From Candidatus Saccharimonadota bacterium (GTDB taxonomy: Bacteria > Patescibacteriota > Gracilibacteria > UBA4473): a DNA stretch of 32,000 bases. The DNA is taken from contig JAUIFI010000001.1 of NCBI GenBank assembly GCA_030429505.1, positions 810,001 to 842,000 of the forward strand, read 5' to 3'. A program made the translations under genes and the position numbers. The notes under the pieces were generated by a model. It searched no databases. It was given only the letters and a program-made list of their open reading frames with translations, and was not told the DNA's origin. Below are positions 22,252 through 31,279 of this stretch, piece after piece. Every line of letters starts with the position of its first letter. Position 1 is the first letter of the stretch.

Positions 22252-22911
22252 CTAAAAAGCACTTACCAATTCACGTAAGATTGACTCAGGATCATCAGCT
22301 TTTGTAATCGCACTCGCCACTAAAAACCCACGTGCCCCCAGTTCCAAAGAAATCCGTACATCCTCCGATGATTTAATCCCTGCTCCAACTAACAAAGGCA
22401 CTCCTTGAGCCGCTCGAACCGACATCTCAATAGAACGAGGTTTACTAGATGCCACTGAATCAGTACTCGAGCCAATCAATTCTGGTGGCTCAAACGCTAA
22501 AAAATCAGGCTTTAAAGCTGAAAAAACACCCACTTCTTCTTCATTTTCAGCACAAAGAATCGTTAATAAATTCGCCCTTCGTCCATATTCACATGAAGTC
22601 GCAACCACATCAGGACTCAATCTTCTTTCAGAATGATTCAATAAAGTTCCCATAGCTCCTGCTTGTACAGCAGACTCAGGCAAAATATTTCCCGTCCCCT
22701 TTCCAAAATCAACCGGATCTATGTGCTGAACCAGTACCGGAATAGAAACCGCCCGACTAATCCTATAAACATCTATCGGAGATACAGCTACCGCCAAATT
22801 CACTCCCGTTTCCTTTGCTACCCTTTCATGAATTTTTGCCAATTGAACACCATTATCACCCACAGAAGTTTTATAGTTCTTAAAATTCGTAATCCAGATA
22901 GGAGTCTTCAT
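22252..22911 (-). CDS. tpiA: Triosephosphate isomerase, short archaeal type
   Basis: 219 aa. The motifs NFKNY, GTLLNHSERRL, EPPELIGS, GAGI and ITKADDPE align by eye along the whole length with archaeal TIMs of about 225 aa (for example the Pyrococcus type). Bacterial enzymes are about 250 aa. Confidence 0.88.
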   Translation of the reverse strand: MKTPIWITNFKNYKTSVGDNGVQLAKIHERVAKETGVNLAVAVSPIDVYRISRAVSIPVLVQHIDPVDFGKGTGNILPESAVQAGAMGTLLNHSERRLSPDVVATSCEYGRRANLLTILCAENEEEVGVFSALKPDFLAFEPPELIGSSTDSVASSKPRSIEMSVRAAQGVPLLVGAGIKSSEDVRISLELGARGFLVASAITKADDPESILRELVSAF

Positions 22912-22981
22912 AAGAAAAAAGGAACACCCTCATCATAAACGTTCTACCAATGAAAACAAGCCAAGAAAAGAGAATCCCCTA

Positions 22982-25471
22982 GTGACAATTGCCAATTTCA
23001 ACAAAACCAGCATAATAACCAACGAAATGCCACTTCTGTATCTCAGCATAGGAATCATCATACTCATTGGACTGGGAATAGCGAGCTTAATAAAAATAAG
23101 AAATCGCTTTAACCTAAACCGTTCACTCGACTTCACATTTCTCCAAATCCTCGTTCCCAAAAAAGAGTCAAAAGAAGAAATAGAAAGGGAACGAGACCAA
23201 ACCAGCGAAATCAGAAAAGTCATTGGTATTGCTGATCACCTATTCTCAAGTCTTCACGGTATTTACAGCGGTGGAGCAAAAAGCTTTTTTACCGAACAAG
23301 ATTTTCTCTCCCTCGAATACATCGCCACAGACGGAGAAACTAAATTCTTTATGGGCTGTCCCCGTCCTCTCGTATCTCTTGTCAAAAAACAAATCACGAG
23401 CTTTTATCCCGAAGCCGTCGTAGAAGAAACCACCGCTCCAAAAATATTCCACCCCAAAACTGCTCAATCAACTAACCATCTAGCTCTAAGTAATAAATCA
23501 TGGCTCCCTTTTAAAACATATACCAGACTCGAGACAGATCCCATCAATAATATTCTCAATACCCTCTCCAATGCCTCAGACGAAGATGGCAACTCAGCTG
23601 CCATTCAATTTATGATTCGCCCAGTAGCAAACACATGGCAAAAAAATGCCCGCCAAAAAGCCAAAGACATAAAGTCTGGTAAAAAGTCCATCGCCTGGTA
23701 CAATCCCCTAAGTCTCATTGGGGGACTTTTTGACCTGATGGTCAAAGGCGCTGGTGAAGAAAAAAAAGAAGACATAAATCAAAATTCAGAAGAATCTGAC
23801 GAAACAGTCAAAGCCATTCAAGAAAAATCAGAAAAAGTCGGCTTCGAAACCATTATCAGAATAGTAACTTCGTCAAAAGACAAACGCATCCGAGACAACC
23901 ACATGACATCAGTCATGAATAGCTTTGCCCAATTCAATGCCCCTAGCTTCAATAGCTTCAGCTCCAAAAAATGGCACTCATCACGCAGTTTAGTCAAAAA
24001 TTTCTTATTGCGAACCTTTAAAAGATCATGGCACCTGCAAAACAAAATGATCCTCTCCAGTGAAGAACTCGCCTCCCTTTTCCATTTCCCTCACATCAAA
24101 TTCAACCAAGTTCCAGGTGTCAAATGGCAAAATTACAAAATCGTCCAAGCTCCTGCCAACATTCCAAAAGAAGGACTTCTTCTCGGACACAATCAATACA
24201 GAGGACAAAACAACCCCGTCTGTATGAAACGTGAAGATAGGTTTAGACACCTATACGTCATAGGACAAACCGGAACCGGAAAATCATCTATTTTCCAATC
24301 CATGATCCGCCAAGACCTCAGAAACGGTGACGGGTTATGTGTCATCGATCCTCACGGAAGCCTCGTTGAAGCAATTATCCCTTTTGTCCCTAGACACAGA
24401 GCCGATGACATCATCATCTTTGATCCTGCCGACGTTGAACGTCCTATGGGTCTCAACCTACTTGAAGCTCAAACCGAAGACGAAAAAGACATGGTCGCAT
24501 TGGACGCCATGAACATAATGCTCAAGCTTTTTAATGAAGAAGTCTTCGGACCCCGTATCCAAGATTATTTTAGAAACGGCGTACTGACTCTCATGGCCGA
24601 CCCCGCCGGTGGTGCCTTGACAGATATTGTGCGACTTTTTACTGACGATTCGTTTCAAAGAGCAAAAGTTAGACACGTTCAAAATCCCATCGTCAAGTCC
24701 TTTTGGACTAATCAAATGGCAAAGACCGGAGCCAAAGAAAAAGGAGAAATGATACCCTATTTTGCGGCAAAATTCGGCGCCTTCATCACCAACTCCATGA
24801 TTCGAAATATCATCGGACAAACCAAATCCGCCTTTGATTTTTCTAAAGTCATGAACGAGAAAAAAATCCTCCTGATGAACTTATCAAAAGGAACCACCGG
24901 AGAAATTAATTCAAAATTACTCGGACTTATCATCGTCTCAAAACTCCAGATGGCAGCCCTCCGCCGCCAGCAAGAACTCGCACAAGGAAAAAAACCCACT
25001 GATTTTTTCCTCTACATCGACGAATTTCAAAACTACGTCACCGAATCCATCGAATCTATCCTCTCTGAAGCCAGAAAATATAGACTTTCACTCAATATAG
25101 CTCACCAATACATCGGACAGCTCGACCAATCAAACCAGAAAAAAGGCACCAACCTCAAAGACGCCATCTTTGGAAATGTAGGAAGTATGATGTGTTACAA
25201 GATCGGCGCCCAAGACTCCGAATACATGGCCAAAGAAATGGCACCCGCCTTCAGCGATCAAGATCTTATCAATATCGACAAATACAAGGCCGCTATAAAA
25301 TTATCCGTTGACACCCAACCTTCACGACCATTTTCGATCATTCCACTCAACCCATATCTCGAACAAGGAGACAGCGAAATAGGTGATACCCTCAAACAAA
25401 TCTCACGCCTTACCTATGGCCGCTCCAGAAAATTCGTAGAAAAAGAAATATTTACGAGACTGGATGTATAA
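22982..25471 (+). CDS. Membrane-anchored P-loop ATPase, type IV coupling protein (VirD4/TraD/TraG)-like
   Basis: 829-aa ORF. A more likely ATG start at 23027 gives MPLLYLSIGIIILIGLGIASLI, a TM helix. Walker A is YVIGQTGTGKSS and Walker B is FFLYIDEFQNY, with ...LNIAHQY.. downstream. The N-terminal roughly 400 aa are uncharacterised. Confidence 0.75.
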   Translation: MTIANFNKTSIITNEMPLLYLSIGIIILIGLGIASLIKIRNRFNLNRSLDFTFLQILVPKKESKEEIERERDQTSEIRKVIGIADHLFSSLHGIYSGGAKSFFTEQDFLSLEYIATDGETKFFMGCPRPLVSLVKKQITSFYPEAVVEETTAPKIFHPKTAQSTNHLALSNKSWLPFKTYTRLETDPINNILNTLSNASDEDGNSAAIQFMIRPVANTWQKNARQKAKDIKSGKKSIAWYNPLSLIGGLFDLMVKGAGEEKKEDINQNSEESDETVKAIQEKSEKVGFETIIRIVTSSKDKRIRDNHMTSVMNSFAQFNAPSFNSFSSKKWHSSRSLVKNFLLRTFKRSWHLQNKMILSSEELASLFHFPHIKFNQVPGVKWQNYKIVQAPANIPKEGLLLGHNQYRGQNNPVCMKREDRFRHLYVIGQTGTGKSSIFQSMIRQDLRNGDGLCVIDPHGSLVEAIIPFVPRHRADDIIIFDPADVERPMGLNLLEAQTEDEKDMVALDAMNIMLKLFNEEVFGPRIQDYFRNGVLTLMADPAGGALTDIVRLFTDDSFQRAKVRHVQNPIVKSFWTNQMAKTGAKEKGEMIPYFAAKFGAFITNSMIRNIIGQTKSAFDFSKVMNEKKILLMNLSKGTTGEINSKLLGLIIVSKLQMAALRRQQELAQGKKPTDFFLYIDEFQNYVTESIESILSEARKYRLSLNIAHQYIGQLDQSNQKKGTNLKDAIFGNVGSMMCYKIGAQDSEYMAKEMAPAFSDQDLINIDKYKAAIKLSVDTQPSRPFSIIPLNPYLEQGDSEIGDTLKQISRLTYGRSRKFVEKEIFTRLDV

Positions 25472-25578
25472 AAAAAGCAAGCACCTCAAAAAACAACTGA
25501 CGAAATAGAGTCAAAGAAAATACTTAATTCTTTCATACCATTTGGCATTTTCTTATCTTTCAGTATGTTCAGTCTCGC

Positions 25579-27234
25579 ATGACACGCCCGAAAGTATTTG
25601 GCATTAGACAAATCGTCCACCACCCGGAGAAAGTCCGACAATTTTTCGACGAACTCTGCAAAGATCCACCAGTATCCAAAAAAGACCTTGAAAAACGCAA
25701 ACATGAATTCTCCAAACGAGAACGCATAGACACCATCCTCAACCGCGACCTCATCGCCGTCACCCAAGGACAAAAAATCCCAGAATCACTTGAAAAGCTC
25801 CTACAAAAAAGAGCCGTTCGTACCATCTCTGGAGTCTCTCCCATAGGCATCCTTACCAAACCCTATCCCTGTCCCGGCAAATGCGTCTATTGTCCGACCG
25901 AAGATAGAATGCCTAAGAGCTATATGTCCAATCAACCAGCCGCCGCCCGCGCTGTCAGAAACAAATTTCACCCATACAAACAAGTCAAAAATCGCATCAT
26001 AGCCCTAGAAGAATCCGGACATCCCGTATCAAAGCTGGAAATAATCGTTATGGGTGGTACATGGAGTTTTCTACCACACAACTACCAAAGCTGGTATATC
26101 AAACGCTGCTTCGACGCCGCCAATGGTATAAAATCCAAAACCTTAGCCGAAGCTCAACACATAAACGAAACAACTAAAAAACGTATTATTGGCATAACTC
26201 TTGAAACACGCCCCGACTTTATCACAGAACGAGAACTCATCCGTATGAGAAGATACGGCTGTACTCGGATCGAGATCGGTGTACAAACCCTCGATGATGA
26301 AGTTCAAAAGCTCACCAAACGTGGTCACACGAGATCACACGTCATCCGAGCCATGAAACTGATGAAAGACTTTGGATTCAAAGTCTGCTTTCACCTCATG
26401 CCCGGACTCCCCGGATCAACACCAGAAAAAGATTTAGTATGGCTCCGAGAAGTGTTCGAAAATCCTGATTTCTGTCCGGATTTCGTTAAAATCTACCCTT
26501 GCGTAGTACTCGAAACCGCAGAACTAAAAACTTGGTGGAAAGAAGGAAAATATGAACCCATGAGAGATGAAGACCTCGTCAAACTACTACTACAATTCAA
26601 AGCCTTCGTTCCACCCTGGACTCGAATCATGCGTTTGATGCGAGACATTCCTGTATCCAACATCCTAGATGGAGCCAGATTCTCCAACCTCCGCCAAATC
26701 CTCAAAGATCAACCCACAAAACTCCGCGAAATCGTTGGAGAAAGTTTCTGGAAAACACACAAACTCCAAACTCGTACCTGGCCCTGCCAGTGTATCCGTT
26801 GCCGTGAAATCGGCTTCTTAATGCAACCAAGTTGCAATAACGAACCCGTGCTTAAACGCAGAGACTATCCAGCGTCAGACGGACTCGAAACCTTTCTCAG
26901 CTTTGAAACCAAAGACGAAAAACATCTCTTTGCCCTGTTGCGCCTAAGGAGACCAAGCGGACAAAAGTTTTCTCAATTCGGATCCGTACTCCACGAAGCC
27001 GCTCTGATCCGCGAAGTACATTCCTACGGACAAGAAATATCTGTCGGGGAAAACGCTGGAATTGGTCAACATCGAGGACTTGGAAAAAAATTAATCAACG
27101 AGGCCGAACGTATCGCCCGAGATGAATGGGGACTCAAAAAAATATCCATCATCGCCGGCATCGGTACTCGAGAATATTATCGAAAATTCGGATACAAACT
27201 CCGATCAACCTACATGACAAAAAAGCTCTGCTAA
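25579..27234 (+). CDS. elp3: Elp3-family radical SAM / GNAT acetyltransferase (tRNA U34 modification enzyme homologue)
   Basis: 551 aa. The radical-SAM cluster motif is CPGKCVYCP (CxxxCxxC). TIM-barrel radical SAM segments include RIEIGVQT. The C-terminal GNAT motif is QHRGLGKKLINEAERIA...REYYRKFGY. Confidence 0.88.
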   Translation: MTRPKVFGIRQIVHHPEKVRQFFDELCKDPPVSKKDLEKRKHEFSKRERIDTILNRDLIAVTQGQKIPESLEKLLQKRAVRTISGVSPIGILTKPYPCPGKCVYCPTEDRMPKSYMSNQPAAARAVRNKFHPYKQVKNRIIALEESGHPVSKLEIIVMGGTWSFLPHNYQSWYIKRCFDAANGIKSKTLAEAQHINETTKKRIIGITLETRPDFITERELIRMRRYGCTRIEIGVQTLDDEVQKLTKRGHTRSHVIRAMKLMKDFGFKVCFHLMPGLPGSTPEKDLVWLREVFENPDFCPDFVKIYPCVVLETAELKTWWKEGKYEPMRDEDLVKLLLQFKAFVPPWTRIMRLMRDIPVSNILDGARFSNLRQILKDQPTKLREIVGESFWKTHKLQTRTWPCQCIRCREIGFLMQPSCNNEPVLKRRDYPASDGLETFLSFETKDEKHLFALLRLRRPSGQKFSQFGSVLHEAALIREVHSYGQEISVGENAGIGQHRGLGKKLINEAERIARDEWGLKKISIIAGIGTREYYRKFGYKLRSTYMTKKLC

Positions 27235-27276
27235 TGGTCTATACTTTCTCCCTCTCTTCAGCTATAAAAACAACTG

Positions 27277-27759
27277 ATGCTCAAAATCCAAACCGGCGAA
27301 AACAACGCCATTCTCCGTACCAAATGCAATCTGGTAAAAAAATTTGATGAGTCCTTGCTCAAGACAATCAAAGATATGGAAGAAACCATGCTCGCACCAG
27401 ATGAAAACAATAAAGTTCGAGGAGTTGGGCTCGCCGCCAACCAAGTCGGAATAAATCAACAAATCATCCTTATCACGCTCAACATAAACACTCGAAAAGA
27501 TCATAAAATCCTTTGTCTTATCAATCCCGAAATAGTTGAAACTTCATCTCAAACTATCACAATGGAGGAAGGATGCCTATCTCTTCCCGGTGTCTACGGA
27601 CACGTACGCCGACCTTCCAAAGTCAAAGTACGTTGGCAAAATACTCAAGGTAATTGGTGCGAAAAAAAATTCGAAAAATGGGACGCTCGCGTCTTTCTTC
27701 ATGAGTACGATCATCTTCAAGGAATCCTTTTTACCGACTACCTCAAAAAGAAACGCTAA
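27277..27759 (+). CDS. def: Peptide deformylase
   Basis: 160 aa with the three canonical motifs GVGLAANQVG, EGCLSLPG and HEYDHLQG. Confidence 0.92.
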   Translation: MLKIQTGENNAILRTKCNLVKKFDESLLKTIKDMEETMLAPDENNKVRGVGLAANQVGINQQIILITLNINTRKDHKILCLINPEIVETSSQTITMEEGCLSLPGVYGHVRRPSKVKVRWQNTQGNWCEKKFEKWDARVFLHEYDHLQGILFTDYLKKKR

Positions 27760-27838
27760 AGAAAGATATTTAAAAAGAAAAACGTTGCCAAAGACACAAA
27801 CTTTGATAGGATACGCCACGCAAAATACACCTTTCCCA

Positions 27839-29674
27839 ATGGCACTTGCTCCAAAAAATAATCTCAAAAAACCAAATCCCTTTTCATACCTACTCATCAT
27901 TGCATTGATAGGAGCAGGTCTTACCATGTTTTTTGGAGATACAGACAATCTTCTCTCCCCGGAAAAGTCGGAAGAAGTATCTCTCAGTCAACTCCTTCAA
28001 AAATACGAAAAAAATGAGCTTAAATCCGTCGAGATAAAAGATAATAAAATAACAGCTATCACCATTGATGGTGATACAATCGAAAGTCACAAAGAAGCAT
28101 CCGCCAACATCAAAGATCTCGGCCTCAATGACAATAATAAATCCACAGAAATAAAAATCATCGACACCTCTAGCAAAAAAATCTGGGCCAATGTCCTTAT
28201 AGGACTCGCCCCTATCATCCTTATTGTCGCCTTTCTAGTATTTCTTTCAAAACGTGCTGGATCTATGGGGGGAGAGTCGGGACCATTTGGCTTTGGAAAA
28301 TCACGAGCCAAACTCTACGACAAAACCAAACATCGAACCAAATTTAAAGACGTCGCCGGAGCTGAAGAAGCAAAAGAAGAAGTCGAAGAAGTCGTTGATT
28401 TCCTCAAAAACCCCAAAAAATATCAGAAAATGGGCGCCAAAATCCCAAAAGGAATCCTCCTCGTCGGCGCACCTGGAACCGGAAAAACTCTTATTGCACG
28501 TGCTATAGCCGGAGAAGCTGATGTACCTTTTTTCTCTGTATCCGGATCAGAATTTGTGGAAATGTTTGTAGGAGTTGGAGCGAGTCGAGTTCGAGACCTC
28601 TTTAAAACCGCAAAAAGAAACGCCCCAGCTATCATTTTCATCGACGAGATAGACGCTATTGGAAAGCAAAGAGGTCAGGGAACTGGCGGTGGACACGATG
28701 AACGAGAACAAACCCTCAATCAAATTCTCACTGAAATGGACGGATTTGAATCCGGAACATCTGTAATAGTCATCGCAGCCACCAACCGTCCTGATGTACT
28801 CGACAAAGCATTACTTCGCCCAGGACGATTTGACAGACGTGTTCACATCGACCTACCCGACATGGAAGCTCGTCTCAAAATTTTGAAACTCCATGCCACC
28901 AACAAAATTTTAGACGAAAAAGTAAATCTCAAAGAAGTTGCATCAAAAACCGTTGGCTATTCAGGAGCTGACATCGAAAACGTCATCAACGAAGCAGCAA
29001 TTATGGCCGTCAAAAAAAGACAAAAAAACATCAATCAAAACAATCTTCTCGATGCCGTAGAAAAAGTTTCCATGGGACCAGAGAGACGTTCGCGACGCAT
29101 CACCGCCAAAGAAAAAGAGATTATCTCCTATCATGAAGTCGGACATGCCATAGCTGGACACTTTACAGAAAACTGTGAACCAGTTCACAAAATCTCCATT
29201 ATTTCACGAGGAGGAGCCTTGGGACTTACCTGGTTTTTACCACAAGAAGATACCTACCTACAGAGCGAAGCGAAAATGAAAGATGAAATGGTGTCTCTCC
29301 ACGGCGGCAGAGTCGCCGAACGACTGATTTTCGGACAAACCACCTCTGGCGCCTCAAACGATCTCGAACGTATTTCACGCATTGCTCGTAATATGGTCAT
29401 GACGTACGGCATGGGCAACCGTAAAAAAATCGGCCCCGTCGTCTTTGCCGAAAAAACCAAAGGCTATGCTGGCATTGACGTTCACGAAAAAGAGTTTTCA
29501 GAAGATACCGCCCGTCTCATCGATGAAGAAGTGCATAATCTTGTTCTCGAAGCCGAAGAACGCTGCGAGAACACTCTCAAAAAACACATTGGTCTTCTCA
29601 AAAAAATCGCTCAAGATCTTTTGAAAAAAGAAAATATGACCCGAGAAGAATTTTTAGCCTACCTGCCTGGATAA
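27839..29674 (+). CDS. ftsH: ATP-dependent zinc metalloprotease FtsH
   Basis: The ORF track starts at 27536, inside def. The Met at 27839 gives [28 protein letters not shown], with a TM helix near the N-terminus. The AAA motifs are [18 protein letters not shown] and the SRH segment [20 protein letters not shown]. The zinc site is HEVGHA. Confidence 0.93.
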   Translation: MALAPKNNLKKPNPFSYLLIIALIGAGLTMFFGDTDNLLSPEKSEEVSLSQLLQKYEKNELKSVEIKDNKITAITIDGDTIESHKEASANIKDLGLNDNNKSTEIKIIDTSSKKIWANVLIGLAPIILIVAFLVFLSKRAGSMGGESGPFGFGKSRAKLYDKTKHRTKFKDVAGAEEAKEEVEEVVDFLKNPKKYQKMGAKIPKGILLVGAPGTGKTLIARAIAGEADVPFFSVSGSEFVEMFVGVGASRVRDLFKTAKRNAPAIIFIDEIDAIGKQRGQGTGGGHDEREQTLNQILTEMDGFESGTSVIVIAATNRPDVLDKALLRPGRFDRRVHIDLPDMEARLKILKLHATNKILDEKVNLKEVASKTVGYSGADIENVINEAAIMAVKKRQKNINQNNLLDAVEKVSMGPERRSRRITAKEKEIISYHEVGHAIAGHFTENCEPVHKISIISRGGALGLTWFLPQEDTYLQSEAKMKDEMVSLHGGRVAERLIFGQTTSGASNDLERISRIARNMVMTYGMGNRKKIGPVVFAEKTKGYAGIDVHEKEFSEDTARLIDEEVHNLVLEAEERCENTLKKHIGLLKKIAQDLLKKENMTREEFLAYLPG

Positions 29675-29677
29675 TAA

Positions 29678-30253
29678 ATGGCATTAGGAAAAATCATCTT
29701 CATCTCAGGACCCAGTGGCGTCGGCAAAGGGACTCTCATAGATTTTCTCCGCGAAAAACACCCTGAATGGATATTTCCACCCAGTTTTTCTACACGAGCT
29801 ACAAGACCCGGAGAGACACAAGGACATCCTTATTTTTTCGTATCAAAAGAAGAGTTTCAAGCTAAAATCGATCAAGATGATTTTCTTGAATACGCCCAAG
29901 TACATGGTCAAGATTACTACGGAACAGATCGAAAAACCTTGTTAGACCCTGTCAAAGAAGGAAAAATAGTCATCAAAGAATTCGACGTCCAAGGTTTTGT
30001 CCAAGCCAGAAAAAAACTCGATCAAAACCTCTTCTCATCCATATTCATAAAACCGGCAGAGGGAATTGATATACTTCTCGAACGAGTAAAACTCAGAGCT
30101 CCTATTTCCGATGAAGAACTCCAGCATAGACGCCAATCCATGAAACAAGAATTCGAACTTTCCAATCTATATGATCACATTTTATTATCTCATAATAACC
30201 AAATCGATCGCCTTAAAAACGAAGGAGAATCCCTAATTCAAAGCCTTTTCTAA
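29678..30253 (+). CDS. gmk: Guanylate kinase
   Basis: 191 aa. It has the P-loop GPSGVGKGTL plus STRATRPGE..G..YFF and EYAQVHGQDYGT. Confidence 0.92.
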   Translation: MALGKIIFISGPSGVGKGTLIDFLREKHPEWIFPPSFSTRATRPGETQGHPYFFVSKEEFQAKIDQDDFLEYAQVHGQDYYGTDRKTLLDPVKEGKIVIKEFDVQGFVQARKKLDQNLFSSIFIKPAEGIDILLERVKLRAPISDEELQHRRQSMKQEFELSNLYDHILLSHNNQIDRLKNEGESLIQSLF

Positions 30254-30262
30254 GAATATTCC

Positions 30263-30658
30263 ATGAAATCATCAGATTCTAGCTCAAGTAAAACCCTTGG
30301 CAAGGAAGGAGAGCTTCTTGCTCAAAAATTTTTAGTCAAAAAAGGTTTGCAACTCGTCGAAAAAAACTTCCACGCTCAAGGCGGAGAAATAGACCTCATC
30401 ATGTACGATAAAAAGTACAAAGAATATGTTTTTGTAGAAGTAAAAACCAGAACTTCCGATAGCTTTGGAGATGTAAGATCATCCATCACTCCCAACAAAC
30501 TCAAAAAAATCATGAAGGCTGCCGAGCATTTTTTCTTTCAAAAATTTCACCTTACAGAGGTACCATTCTTCAGGCTCGACGCCATCTGTATCAAAAAAGA
30601 CAAAATAGGAAAAACTGATATCGAACACTTTGAAAATCTCAACCCAGAAGGATATTAA
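30263..30658 (+). CDS. yraN: YraN family (UPF0102) endonuclease-like protein
   Basis: 131 aa. The segment GKEGELLAQKFLVKKGLQLVEKNFHAQGGEIDLIMYD...VFVEVKTR is the characteristic YraN / PD-(D/E)xK pattern. Confidence 0.85.
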   Translation: MKSSDSSSSKTLGKEGELLAQKFLVKKGLQLVEKNFHAQGGEIDLIMYDKKYKEYVFVEVKTRTSDSFGDVRSSITPNKLKKIMKAAEHFFFQKFHLTEVPFFRLDAICIKKDKIGKTDIEHFENLNPEGY

Positions 30659-31029
30659 TTATCCTCAGTATCATCCTCCTGTATATACAAATCAAAAAAC
30701 GGATGCTCCGGCGTTAAAATCTGCCTTTCAGCCTTTCCAAATTGATCAATACACACTACCTCCCCATCATCAGAATCCACAAAAAAAGGAGTTTCCAAAT
30801 ACAATTTTTTTTGCCCACTATCCAAGTGAATATCAACAATTCTGTGACCATTGAGCACCTCTAAATATCGATTTTCCAAAAAATCTAAAAGCAATTGATA
30901 ATCTTCCGAAGATAAAGAAGACTTATTTTGATTTGAGTTATTCAATTCCTGCTCCAAAAAATCAAGAAGCTTATGAAAATCTTTCTCCTCCAAAGAATCT
31001 AAAAAATTCATAAAAGTTAAGCACAACAA
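30655..31029 (-). CDS. Hypothetical acidic protein
   Basis: 124-aa ORF, Asp/Glu/Leu-rich. It converges on yraN with a 4-nt overlap. No motif is recognised. Confidence 0.45.
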   Translation of the reverse strand: MLCLTFMNFLDSLEEKDFHKLLDFLEQELNNSNQNKSSLSSEDYQLLLDFLENRYLEVLNGHRIVDIHLDSGQKKLYLETPFFVDSDDGEVVCIDQFGKAERQILTPEHPFFDLYIQEDDTEDN

Positions 31030-31279
31030 AAAAAACCGGAGTGCCGTTCTTTCCTGTGACTATTTTCCTTGCTGACGCAAAGTGGGTTTTCTCTCATTCA
31101 TCTCGCAAGATAAACAAATACGAAGTCCCTTCAAACAATGATTAGGAGAAAAAGTTACAGAAAAGAACGAACAGCCTAGTTACAACTACCTTGTAACAAA
31201 AAACAAGAAAAGAATCAACAAAAATGTGTTTACCAACCCTTTAAAATATGGTAATTTCCTACGGAAATCTTCTCAAAAA

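Noticed and set aside
27536-27838. A 101-aa N-terminal extension of the FtsH ORF given in the ORF track
   Set aside because: It overlaps the 3' end of def in another frame and its sequence is low-complexity and not FtsH-like. The Met at 27839 gives a typical FtsH N-terminus with the first TM helix.
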